Positions 14,644 through 26,518 of a stretch of 64,000 nt of DNA are shown here, piece by piece. The position numbers and the translations under genes were made by a program. The notes below the pieces were generated by a model. It was not told where the DNA came from, did no database searches, and saw only the letters and a program-made list of their open reading frames with translations. Positions within the stretch are counted from its first letter, which is position 1, and every line of letters begins with the position of its first letter. Origin of the DNA: Octopus vulgaris (Eukaryota); contig OX597816.1 of the NCBI GenBank assembly GCA_951406725.2, positions 157,232,001 through 157,296,000 on the forward strand. Reading direction: 5' to 3'.

Positions 14644-14655
<12 letters not shown>
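10820..14655 (+). mobile_element. Near-full-length RTE-clade LINE
   Basis: GC-richer island with ~600-bp 5' UTR, a single APE-RT reading frame, and 3' end CCATTGTCTCCCGAGAC...GGATGCC(AAC)n joined to (TA)n; 5' boundary approximate. Confidence 0.93.
11436..14578 (+). pseudogene. RTE ORF (APE endonuclease + reverse transcriptase + C-terminal Cys/His motif), disrupted
   Basis: APE motifs ASWNVRT, LQETR, GDFNAR, TDH; RT motifs KAPGKDGIP, NYRGISLL, FIDLTKAFD, GVKQGCVLAPTLF, LFADD. Lesions: TAG at 12768-12770, frameshift at ~13560, TAA at 14444-14446. The frame continues after the last stop to CGTCQRECLSRIGLHSHSRKC, ending TGA at 14576-14578. Confidence 0.92.
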
Positions 14656-14714
<59 letters not shown>

Positions 14715-14865
14715 AAGTAGATAAATGAATTATCTTATTACGGATTATTCAAATGATAACCGATACCTGGGTAGCAAAAATCACAACAGAAAAAGCACGG
14801 TTGCGGTTACGACCATGGGGTCTAAAATCCGTGCCTTAGTGCGGAAATTTGAAGTTTTATATATT

Positions 14866-15028
14866 TAGTGTATGAAGAAATGGAGCTGAACGAAGACTTA
14901 ACAAAATTCCTTTTTATTATTTTTTACATATATTTGCAGCCTTTGAAACATATGCAGCCTTTGAAACATATGTAGAAAATAATAAAAAGGAATTTTGTTA
15001 AGTCTTCGTTCAGCTCCATTTCTTCATA

Positions 15029-15033
<5 letters not shown>
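14866..15033. repeat. Near-perfect inverted repeat (66-bp arms, 36-nt spacer)
   Basis: 14866-14931 is the reverse complement of 14968-15033 with one mismatch; TGCAGCCTTTGAAACATA occurs twice across the spacer. Confidence 0.95.
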
Positions 15034-15121
<88 letters not shown>

Positions 15122-16314
15122 TAGGTGAAAATATATTGTGCCATGTCTGCATGCCTGTTCCACTGCACGACATACGACAAACCACTATATATTTCAGAAT
15201 ACTGCATATTTTTGACTTAGCGTTGGCACCAAATTTTAAGAGAATTGTATTTGTGAAGTGCATCTATGTTTACTTGATCAGTGCCAATATGAAGTTATAC
15301 AACAACAACAACAACAAGAATAGCAGATTTACTGTGTTGGTCTCTTATCAGTCGCTAAAGACATTTCTTCTGTTCACTTAACTGTAAGAATTTAGCCTTA
15401 ATCTATTTTATTCATTACCATATTTCTCTGTATAATTAAATAGCAATTATCCGTATGTCCATTCTTGGCTCTGTAGTAACTCTTCGGGATAACTTCAATT
15501 TATGTGCCTTGTCTGAAATCGATGTGTATAACTGGATATGAAAACCGAGAGAAGTAATTATGAATATTACCAATGGAAGTAAAATTGTGAAGCTCACTGC
15601 CGGATTTGTGGAAGGAGTAAAAATTATCGCAACAAAAAACAATTAAATTTAAATGTTTTCTTGCTCCTTTAGTTGGCGATGAGTAAGTTTGCAAGCCGGT
15701 TCTTAGAGTGAATTACCCAGAATGAATTGAATGAGAGATAAATATTGCTGTACATATTCCTGGATTATCTGATAAATATTTGTATCAACTGGTTGAACTG
15801 CAGTTGATACAAATGCAAAATAAAGCCAGATTCTCAGAAATAAAACGCAACGTTACTTTAGAATTGAACTCAAGATACATAAAAGCTCCAATATTTTCCA
15901 GTAAATCTTACCTTACAAATAGCAGGAACTAATAAACATGAGATTAAAACATTCTTATCAGTTTGATTGGACGAGAGCGGGTGTCGTAATGCAGTCTCTT
16001 GTAACCAACATTATACATTTTGTTCAAGTTACAGGTAAGCTCGTTCTCATCATTTAACATTCTCATAAATTCTACATAAGCGTTAGTGTTAAAATCCTAA
16101 ATGTTTATCTATCCAATTGGAGAACTATTTGGTTTTATGCGTGCAAAAAATCGCCGAGAGTAGCCTAGTTAATTTTATACTCTCTTGTCATTGCTGTTAT
16201 TGTTGTTTTTAATATTATTCTTACTGTTTATATTGTTGCTATTGTTATTGAAGAACAAACTAACGGAAAAAGGAAATTGACTGACAAAGATTTACAATAA
16301 CAAAAGGGAATATT

Positions 16315-16910
16315 CTTTTCTACTCAAGGCACAAGGCCCTAAATTTTGGGGAGGGAGCCAGTTAATTAGATCGACCACAGTATGCAACTGGTACTTAATT
16401 TATTGACCCCTTCAGCAACAATAGCAGCAATGAAAACAGTAATGATAACATCAAAAACAAGAAGGACGAAAGGCAAAGTCGACGTCTGTGGAATTTGAAC
16501 TAAGAACGTAAAGACAGACGAAATACCTATTTCTTTACTACCCACAAGGGGCTAAACACAGAGAGGACAAACAAGGACAGACAGACGGATTAAGTCAATT
16601 ATACTGACCCCAGTGCGTAACTGGTACTTATTTAATCGACCCCGAAAGGATGAAAGGCAATGTCGACCTCGGCAGAATTTGAACTCAGAACGTAGCGGCA
16701 GACGGAATACCTATTTCTTTACTACCCACAAGGAGTTAAACACAGAGGGCACGAACAAAGAAAGACAAACGGATTAAGTCGATTATATCGACACCAGTGC
16801 GTAACTGGTACTTATTTAATCGACCCCGAAAGGATGAAAGACAAAGTCGACCTCGGAGGAATGTGAACTCAGAATGTAAAGACAGACGAAATACCGCTAA
16901 GCATTTCAGC
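16315..16910 (-). mobile_element. Tandem array of SINE family A copies
   Basis: AAAGTCGACCTCGG..GAATTTGAACTCAGAACGTA-like block at about 16475, 16660 and 16840, with the CCTATTTCTTTACTACCCACAAGG tail repeated. Confidence 0.85.
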
Positions 16911-16954
16911 CGTAATAAAATGTTAACAGATTACCTTTTAAATATTAACCTTTT

Positions 16955-17310
16955 GCCTTTTACTGGCTTCAGTCATTGCACTGCAGCCATGCTAGGGCAA
17001 CAGCTTGAAGGTTTGGTTTTAGTCGAAAAAAAATCAACCCCAGTACTTACGACTTTTCTTATTTTTGCATTCCTTTTCTAAGTCTGGTATTTATTCTATA
17101 TGATCCTATGTTACAGGAACATAGACACACAAGCAAATCAGCAATAGTTGCCAATTGTAGAGATGTGAAACACAGGCACAAAGACACACACACTCACAAG
17201 TCTTTCTACGGCTACAGTAGAAGGTACTTGGCCAAGGTGCAGCGCATTAGAAGTCGACCCTAAACAACATGCTTGCAAAGCGAGTATTTTAACCACATCA
17301 CCATGTTCAC
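16955..17310 (-). mobile_element. Degraded SINE family B
   Basis: Diverged similarity to 26103-26518 (TTCAGTCATT..ACTGC.GCCATGCT; CAAGGTGC). Confidence 0.55.
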
Positions 17311-17860
17311 GTACGTCTAAAGTAAAAAAATTCTGACTACAAAACCTTACAAAGTATCATGAGTAAATATATTCCCTCCAATCAGGTATTGATAAGGTAA
17401 TAAACACCCAGAGAGAAGGATATACAAACTATTAGAGAATCGCATGCAAAAGGTAAACAGAGATAATAAAGACAGGAGCTTATATTAATCATTATACAGA
17501 AGTAGACCAAAACAATAGCAATCAGCTAGCAAAATATTAATAGAGATTTTTTTTTTCTTTTTCATATATAGACGATTAATCTCATCTTCTATAAAACTGC
17601 ATTATGGTCTTAACATAATAGCTTTCCTTTGATCTATCATTATGAAAATCTAATAACTTCTTTTGAATAAACGTAAACTCTATCCTATCTCACCTTCTCT
17701 ATCCCTCTCCCTCATTCTATATATGTGTGTGTATGCGTGTATATGTGTGTGATATGTAAATTATATATACTTACATATCTCTCTATCTACCTACTTAACT
17801 ATCTATTTATCTTTCTAAATATCACTCTCCCTCCTCCCTCTCTCTCTCTCTTTCTATACA

Positions 17861-17897
<37 letters not shown>

Positions 17898-18110
17898 ACA
17901 CAGATTGTTTTGTGTAGCTTCACAGATTTTTTTTTTATCTAAATGATATTTGATATATAAATGTGTGTAAGAGCGTGTGTATATATGTATACGAAAAAAT
18001 TGAAAAAGACATGTATGTCTATACGAAATATACATGCGCACACACACGCACACCCGCGCACACACACGCACACCCGCGCACATATATACACACATACATA
18101 CACACACATA

Positions 18111-18160
<50 letters not shown>

Positions 18161-18189
18161 GTATGTATGTATATATTTACGTATGTATG

Positions 18190-18232
<43 letters not shown>

Positions 18233-18829
18233 CTGCATACATACCTACGGATATGTATGTCTTCAAGGGCCATATATACGCGTGTGCGTGTGATTCAGTG
18301 TGTGTGTATGTGTGTATAGATGAAATTTATTAAATTGAAAAGTAGAAGGAAAGGTGGTGACAGCTGAATCCTACTTATCTAATGAGCTTGTAACTAGCTG
18401 AACATTGTCCAGAAATATATATCCAAAACACGACACTCCAGGAGAATAGTTGTAAGTCTGAATTTAAAGAGTGGCTCTTTGCATTACTGATAAATTTATC
18501 TGACCCTCTTCAAAATTATTGCTAACTATCCAGTATCATCCACAGAAATTTAGTTGAGTAGGGACTACTAAAAGGATATTTGTCCAAGACGCCATGCAGA
18601 AGATTCTGGCATAGAAATGAGTTTAAATACATTGCATAAAAAGACACAGCCACACATACAATTTCTAAGCACTAAAGAATGATATGCAATATTATTTATA
18701 TATTCATACTGGTGGTCACATTTGATTAGTATTCATTTGCCATTTCAGATGGATTGCTTGGACCAAAACTACTCTTTTACTCTAATTGTTCCGGTCTTCC
18801 AAGACATTTTTGAAGCCTTCTATTTATAA

Positions 18830-19190
18830 TTCCTCATCATGCGAAAATTGATCCAAGGTATGGTATTCCGAGTTTATCCGACAGGGGAATTTCCATGACT
18901 CGGGTTCCACGGAAACCCAATAAATAATTTTTGTTTGGATAGCAGTAACCTGCATTTCTTTCCCTCCGCTCAGGAATGATTGATGATATTTGGGGGATAT
19001 TTCAATAAAGTTTTTTTTCGTTGTATGGTGTTTCCATGAACTGTTGAAAATAGTACGCAGCATACACGAAAACTTGCTTTCAAGCATTTTTTTCAGACTC
19101 CATGATGAACGGTAAAGAAGAACGGATGCTACTATGACTCTGAATGTTGAAGCGGTGAATGTACGCTAATATTATTGCATTTATTGAATG
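18830..19190 (-). mobile_element. Degraded RTE-like LINE 3' fragment (same type as 60400-60984)
   Basis: Peptide trace MLRTIFNSSWKHHTTK parallels MLRAVVNTSWREQLTN at 60.7 kb. Confidence 0.5.
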
Positions 19191-19256
19191 AATTGTGTAA
19201 CTTCCAATGTAATGTGAAATAAATGACGTTCGTTTACGGAAACGTATGTGACATTG

Positions 19257-19299
<43 letters not shown>

Positions 19300-19355
19300 G
19301 CAGACAGACAGACAGACAGATAGATAGATAGACAGACACAGAGACACATACACAC

Positions 19356-19435
<80 letters not shown>

Positions 19436-19439
19436 GGTT

Positions 19440-19560
19440 GAAACTCACAGAAAAACAAAAGAGGTGTTTTAGTCTGACGCTCGGGAAAGTGAGAAAGTCT
19501 TTTACGTTTCGAGCCTACGCTCTCCAACAGAAATGAATAAGAGAAAATAAACAGAGAGAA
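19440..19560 (-). mobile_element. pLTR copy with hammerhead motif (19497-19533)
   Basis: Minus strand TTT-CTGTTGG-A-GAGCGTAGGCTC-GAAACGTA-AAAG; core position 9 is mutated to G. Confidence 0.65.
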
Positions 19561-19716
19561 TACAGATAAATAGGTAGACAGACAGATAGATAGCTACATA
19601 CATACATACGCACATACATACATAAATACATACGTACATACGTACATACATACATATACACATACATACATGCATACATACATATTTATGTACCCTATAT
19701 ATGCATATATGTGTAA

Positions 19717-19811
<95 letters not shown>

Positions 19812-19814
<3 letters not shown>

Positions 19815-20576
19815 GTTGCGATGTATAAACTGTATTCTAAATTTCGCGAAAATTAAAATAACACTGACAACTCATTTTAACAGACATATTTATCAAAATT
19901 ACATAAAAATATCTTGAAATACTAAAGAGTGAATTTCTCCACTAAAATCGTCATTGGGTTCAACCATGCCTAAAGACCACTTCGGAATCTCCTGCAACTC
20001 TTCTGGACGGTCTCATCTTTTTGTTGATCTCTCGTTACAAGAAGTATTGTTGGTATCTCGCTCAATTCTGCCCCAGACATAATAATAAATGGGGTTGCAG
20101 ACTGGGGAGTTAGGTGGCCAGATGTTAGGGGTGACGTGGTCTCAGAAATTGCGTGAGCTATGACTGGGTCCTCCTGTATTGCTGGCAAGGTGTAGAGTCC
20201 TTTTGCCAGACACAGGGTCTTCCAGCAGAGTCCCTCTCGACATAGGGCAGCACTACCTCCTCCAGACACTTGATGTAGGCTTAAGTTTTGAGTCCGAGGC
20301 CGTGTGGGAAGATGAATGGAGGCGTAACATCACCATTACTAGTGATCACTCCAAACACGATGGTGTTGACTGGATGTTCGTATTGGAGCTGCCGGCACGA
20401 ATGCCAAGAAGTACAGCATGTCGTTCCCAAATTTCTGACAGAGAGAATTGCGTCATTGTGCTTTTTTCCTCACAGACGGTGCCCAACTGATTCTATTATT
20501 CTGTGTAGTCGACAAAATCAAAGCAATCAAATTGCATGCACGAAATTAAGAATACAATTTATCCATTGCATCCTTC
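19812..20576 (-). mobile_element. Internally deleted Tc1/mariner-superfamily transposon (maT/DD37D-like) with both TIRs
   Basis: ~36-bp imperfect TIRs AGGTTGCGATGTATAAACTGTATTCT / AGAATACAATTTATCCATTGCATCCT, flanked by TA; minus-strand peptide NIWPPNSPVCNPIYYYVWGRIERDTN. Confidence 0.8.
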
Positions 20577-20604
20577 ATGTACGTACACACACACACACAC
20601 ACAC

Positions 20605-20645
<41 letters not shown>

Positions 20646-20704
20646 TATATGTATATATATGTATATATATGTGTGTGTGTATGTATGTATGTATGTATAT
20701 GTAT

Positions 20705-20897
20705 ATGGAGAATTCACAAAAAAAACAAAAAACAAAGACAGGTGGTGTAGACAAGAAACAGATGTATTAGTATAACGCTCATGCAGTGAAAAAGTCTTTG
20801 ACGTTTCGAGCCTACGCTCTTCCACAGAAAGGAACACAAAAAGAAATAAGGAGAGAAAATAAAGAATGTGTAGTGGCTAGCGATTTATCATGGCGAA
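20705..20897 (-). mobile_element. pLTR copy with hammerhead motif (20796-20831)
   Basis: Minus strand CTTT-CTGTGGA-A-GAGCGTAGGCTC-GAAAC-GTC-AAAG. Confidence 0.7.
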
Positions 20898-21680
20898 TAT
20901 ATATTTTAGTGGAACAAATCGACCCTAGTACTTACTTTTTAAAAGCATTGTTTCTTTTGCATATCCACTAATTTGCAGGGACGTAAATACCCCGACACCG
21001 GTTGTCAAGAGGGGTCAAACACAGGCCCAAACACACACACATATACATGTATTTTTCTATACACACAGCGACACGCACACGCTCACAAACAGAAAGACAT
21101 ACACACATAAATAATAATAAAGTGTATGGAGACTTGTACATCGACAAAATATATTTCATATAATGATCTACACATGTCTCCACTGCAGCGCCTACTCACT
21201 GTTGCAAATGCAGTCTTGCAACATTGTTGGTGCAGCTTCGGTTGAAACTGGTTGAAATAAATTTTTGTGTTCTGTGTGAGTGTTGTTATTTTTAGGTATG
21301 TGTCGCTGACCTAAACTTCGCCCAAATCGCCGTCCAAAGTAAGGGCTTGGTCTAAAAATAGGTTAAGGATGATATTGCTGTCCTTGTAAGGTTCCTTACT
21401 CGTCTTAATAGTTGTTTGCGTTACATTTAATTTCGAGTGTAATGTTTCTATTAAAGGGTGCTTGTTTGTTCATTGCCTCAGAACCCAGCCAAAGCAGTCA
21501 ATGGTAAAGTTGGTGTGTCATTGTGTTCGTGCGTGCGCGCGTATTTGTGTTTGTGTGTGTATGTATGTGTTTTACCAAGATGCAATGTACAAGGATACAG
21601 TTCTTTATTTAAGAGATGAGGAATTATGTACATTATTTACATTTGACGGATATTTGTCCTCATTCATCTTGCTTGTTGTT

Positions 21681-21726
21681 AACACAACGTTTCGGCTAAT
21701 ATACCCTCTAGCCTTCATCGGGTGTC
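21681..21726 (-). ncRNA. Minimal hammerhead motif within a second PLE-type repeat (about 21600-21780)
   Basis: Minus strand GACAC-CCGATGA-A-GGCTA..TAGCC-GAAAC-GTT-GTGTT; 5-bp stem I and stem II; U4 changed to C. Confidence 0.55.
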
Positions 21727-21777
21727 TTGGCGAAATTTCGAATCTGGGTTCTCATTCCTAAGGTATTTTTCGATGTT

Positions 21778-21814
<37 letters not shown>

Positions 21815-21904
21815 TATATTTGACTTTTGCTTTGTATTTGTACAAGTTGGCTCCAAATCTCACCCAGAGACCTCAAGAGACAACATGGTTGGAAGTTCAT
21901 GTTG

Positions 21905-21974
<70 letters not shown>

Positions 21975-22624
21975 GTAGTTATTATTTAGAGTGCGTACTG
22001 CTTTTATATTTTTCTCTCTTAGTAAATAAACACTTTGAATTTCATATTTTTTTCTTAAATCTTTATTGTTATAGAGAAGAAGAGGTAATTTTCCCTAAGT
22101 TCGAAATTTTAAATTACTATTCCTCAAAGTAGAAACTCCATGGCTACAACTCGAAAATTCAGATCAATTATTTCCTTCAATTATAAAAGTTGTCCTATCA
22201 ACTAAAGCTGATTATATTATTTTAACACGATTTAACTTCGTGCATTAACGCACATTTACTCCTGATTAAGGAAAGCCTTTGATCAAATGCACTGCAGATA
22301 TAACCATTCATTATCCATTTTGTTTTCAGATTTTATGTATCAAGAAGTATATCACAAGATACATCATCTTGTTTTTAAGATAGTAGGTTTGATTTTGAGG
22401 AGGATATATTTCCTAATTTTTATAGACCAGGCCACTAAGAAGAAGTTGCGTTCATTAGCTCGTGCTCTCACGCCCTGTATGGATCTCGAATCCAGTGTTT
22501 ATTTCGTATTCGTAGATCTGTCAATGAAACCATAAAAACGATTTTTCTTCTTTTATACATGCACTTTGACATGTTGAAGCTATGAACGAAACATGATTTT
22601 ATATTCGTCACGTAATTTGATTCA

Positions 22625-22995
22625 TCGTGCCACACCGTCGGTTAAGACAACAAGGGTTCCAGTTGATCCGATCAGCAGAACAGCCTGCTCGTAAAATTAA
22701 CGTGCAAGTGGCTGACCGCTCAACAGACTCGTGTACCTTTAACGTAGTTCTCAGGGAGATTCAGCGTGACACAGATAGTGAAAAGGTTGGGCCCTTTGAA
22801 ATACAGGTACAACAGAAACGGGAAGAAAGATTGAGAGAAAGTTGTGGCGAAAGAATACAGCAAGGTTCACCACCACCCCTTGCCGGATTTTCATGGAGCT
22901 TTAGGTGTTTTCGCTCAATAAAGACTCACAACGCCCGGTCTGGGAATTGAAACCGCGTGTCAGCTGCCCTAAACACTAGGCCATTGTGCCCCCAC
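22625..22995 (-). mobile_element. tRNA-derived SINE (family C, tail type 2)
   Basis: Same tRNA-like head and CACCTAAA.CTCCA body as 2256-2540, but a different 3' half (CCACTTGCACGTTAAT...CAACTGGAACCCT). Confidence 0.8.
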
Positions 22996-24149
22996 TGTTA
23001 GATTCATATATTGACACTATTGTCACAAATGCTGTGTCAAATTTCTTAATTCATTCATGCAAAATAACTGTTTGGTGACATTAAAATGACGACAGCTGAT
23101 ATATCATTGCAGATTAATCATATTTCAAAATTGAATCTGACGCCAGGCTGACAGAGTCGTTAGCTCACCGAGCAAGATGCTTAGCGGCATTTCGTCCGTC
23201 TTTACGCCCTGGGCTCAAATCCAGATAAGACGACTTTGAGCATGTAATTTTTCAGTTCACAGTGTAACTTTCTTCTCATCTGAAATAAGTACCAGCTTAA
23301 TATTGTTGCATTCTTTTCTCTAATCCAGCAATCACCTCCTCCACATTCCATTCTAAGGGATAGGGAAACTGAGAGACCAACTATGGTTTCGACTATGTAG
23401 GAGCGTAAGACAACTCGGGTAAGCATTGTACATGCTGCCAAATCATTGTCATTTACGAGAATGTTGTATATATTTTCTTAAAATCTAAACACTAATTGCC
23501 TTCAAATAATGCGACTGTTACAAATGAATTCAAATTAATGGAGAGAGGGGCTTTAATTAACAAAACCCAACAACAGATTGATTTTATGAACTAAAAATGA
23601 CTTCCAATATGGTAAATTTTATTTAAGTTAATAAAGTGCGTCGTTCGTGCATGAAATTACTAACCTAACTTTATAACTGATGGGATTTCGAATTTGAACT
23701 CAGAACATATAGGTAGGACAAGTCATCTCGTGCGGTGCAGTACTGATTCTGTGTTTTCGCATTAAGAATATCCGCATGGATTCAATGTCATACAAATGTA
23801 AAGCTGTTATTCTAAGACCAAATCTTTTGACATTAGCGTTTGTTTGTTCGACTCTGTGACTTGTTGTAGAAGGCATTTAAAGCTGTTGCTGTCATATTTC
23901 TATTGCCGCTTGGCTGAATGAATGATTAACTCTGAAAGCAACTTCAACATCACAGATACAAATCTAATTCATGTACAAAATATGACAATTGATTCGTTAT
24001 TAATACGCAATAACACACTGGTTTTATAATTGAGTTGTCATAACATATAGCCCAGCATATTGATGGTCTTCAGTTATATTTGCAACAATCATTACTGTGT
24101 GAAACAGAGTTTTATTTTAATCACTATTTTGGAAGAAATTATGCTATTA

Positions 24150-24190
24150 TTTGTATTGTTAGTGTTGTTTTTGTTGTTGGTGTTACAGTT

Positions 24191-24251
<61 letters not shown>

Positions 24252-25000
24252 CCGTTTGATTGTTGCTCGGTTGTTGGCTGTGATAAAGAGGAGTAGGAAA
24301 AGTGTATGGAAAATGCTGAAAGCGATGATAATGATGGAGAGTTGTCGTTCGTGCTGACGGGTTATGGTGATGATAATGCGTAGAGGGAAGATAATGATGT
24401 TGATGGAAGGCATAATCATCAAGCTGGGAGAGGATGGTGAATAACAGTGGTGTTAATAACAAGGTTTAAGATGATGATGATGATGATGATGGCGATGAGG
24501 ATGAGGGGGAAAAGGAAGAAAGAGGGGGAGAGGAAGAAGAAGAAGAAGAAGAAGAAGGAAGGGGAGGAGGATGAGAAAAAGAAGGAGGAGAGGAGAATCA
24601 GGAGAAGGTGGAAGAGGAGGTGGAAGAGAAGGAGGAAGAGGAGGAAGAGGACAAGAAGACGGAATGTGGAAGTAGAGAAGGAATAGGAGGAAGAGGGAAA
24701 AGAGAAGGTGGAAGGGGAGGAGAAAAATGAGAAAGAAGAGTAAGGAGATGATAAGAAGAATAGGAGGAAGCAGAGAAGAAGGAATAGGAGCAAAAAGGGA
24801 AGGAGGAGAACGTGGAAGAGAAGGATGAGGGGCGGAAGAGGTGGGGGAGGGGGACTGAAGCTGTTTTTGTTGTAGTTGTGGTGAGATGTAAACATCTGCA
24901 ACTCGGAGTTCAGTTTGGTCCATTCAATTTCATTCATATCTTTCGTTTGTTTGCTTTTTTTTCTCATTTTAGTTTGTTGCTGTTGATGATGATGCTGTTA
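24150..25000. repeat. Low-complexity (GAT)n, (GAA/GAG)n and purine-rich tract
   Basis: Directly visible. Confidence 0.9.
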
Positions 25001-25407
25001 TTACTCTAGATTTTGTTTACTATGTGTTATTGGTGACGTCGAAGTCGTCCCCTTTGCCGTTGAATCTGTGACTTTAGGAGTGATGTCATTGATGGATCTG
25101 ATTGTGATCGTGATCGTCATATATCGACCTCACTGCACTGCTCCAAATGTCCTAGCTATCCTGTTTAGAGTGAGGACCGTGCACTGCTTGGGACCCTACT
25201 TCTACATTGGGTCTCAAATGTCACCGGGGCAAACTTTCAGTTCATTGCATTGTAATGGTACGAGGTGTCAAGGAAGAAAAACATCTAGTCGCAAACTAGG
25301 GTTCATTAAGCCAGCCGTATCAACCCCTTACAAATTTGTGCGTTTGTATCAGAATAAAAACTGGTTCATGAATGGGTGTAAACACTGAGTCACATACATA
25401 TATTTAA

Positions 25408-25567
25408 TAAGAGTGGCTGTGTGGTAAGTAACTTGCTTACCAACCACATGGTTCCGGGTCCAGTCCCACCGCGTGGCACCTTGGGCAACTACTACAGCCT
25501 CGGGCCGACCAAAGCCTTGTGAGTGGATTTGGTAGACGGAAACTGAAAGAAGCCCATCGTATATATG

Positions 25568-25598
<31 letters not shown>

Positions 25599-25801
25599 TT
25601 GTATGTTTGTGTTTTTTCCCCCAACATCGCTTGACAACCGATGCTGGTGTGTTTACGTCCCCGTAACTTAGCGGTTCGGCAAAAGAGACCGATAGAATAA
25701 GTACTAGGCTTACAAAGAATAAGTCCTGTAGTCGATTTGCTCGACTAAATGCGGTGCTCCAGCATGGCCACAGTCAAATGACTGAAACAAGTAAAAGAGT
25801 A
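25408..25801 (+). mobile_element. SINE family B (tRNA-like head, internal microsatellite), near full length
   Basis: GAGTGGCTGTGTGGTAAG...GGTTCCGGGTCCAGTCCCAC...CCTTGGGCAA...internal (TA)(TG)...GACTGAAACAAGTAAAAGAGT; 5+ copies in the window. Confidence 0.9.
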
Positions 25802-26102
25802 TGTTGTTCATGACATGATTTAATAAACACCCTCCTTTACAGAACAGTGTCTAAACAACACGGCGTTTCCAGAACTTGAAATGGTGACTGCACAGAGTAA
25901 TTTCAGACTTATCAGCTATCATTTACCCCACACATATAACTGATAATACTGTAATTATCCATTAACCGAGTTGTTTTAGCAACGTAGATATTTATTCTGA
26001 GTCGTTAAAGTCGTACAGGAGTCGTGCCACTCGCAAACTTGTTAATAAATTTTCTTAATTTGAAGTCACTTTATATGTGTATAGTATCATTTGCTACGCT
26101 AT

Positions 26103-26313
26103 TTACTCTTTACTCTTTTACTTGTTTCAGTCATTAGACTGTGGCCATGCTGGAGCACCGCCTTTAGTCGAGCAAATCGACCCCAGGACTTATTCTTTTT
26201 AAGCCTAAAACTTATTCTATCGGTCTCTTTTGCTTAACAGCTAAGTTACGGGGACGTAAACAAACCACCATCGGTTGTCAAGCGATGTTGGGGGGACAAA
26301 CACAAACATATAA

Positions 26314-26356
<43 letters not shown>

Positions 26357-26518
26357 CAACGGGCTTCTTTCAGTTTCTGTCTACCAAATCCACTCACAAG
26401 GCTTTGGTTGACCCGAGGCTGTAGTAGAAGACACTTGCTCAAGGTGCCACGCAGTGGGAATGAACCCGGAACCATGTGGTTCGTAAGCAAGCTACTTACC
26501 ACACAGCCACTCCTGAGC
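26103..26518 (-). mobile_element. SINE family B, full length, inverted relative to 25408-25801
   Basis: Reverse-complement match to the preceding copy along its length. Confidence 0.9.

Noticed and set aside
15436-15642. Hydrophobic 68-aa ORF faintly like a GPCR transmembrane segment
   Set aside because: Short, bounded by stops, with no convincing splice sites or neighbouring exons.
15778-15814. 14-bp perfect inverted repeat
   Set aside because: Isolated and short, with no context linking it to an element or RNA.
24060-25009. Poly-M/H/S/K and Leu/Phe-rich ORFs up to 182 aa
   Set aside because: Trinucleotide and purine-rich low-complexity DNA with no domain signal.
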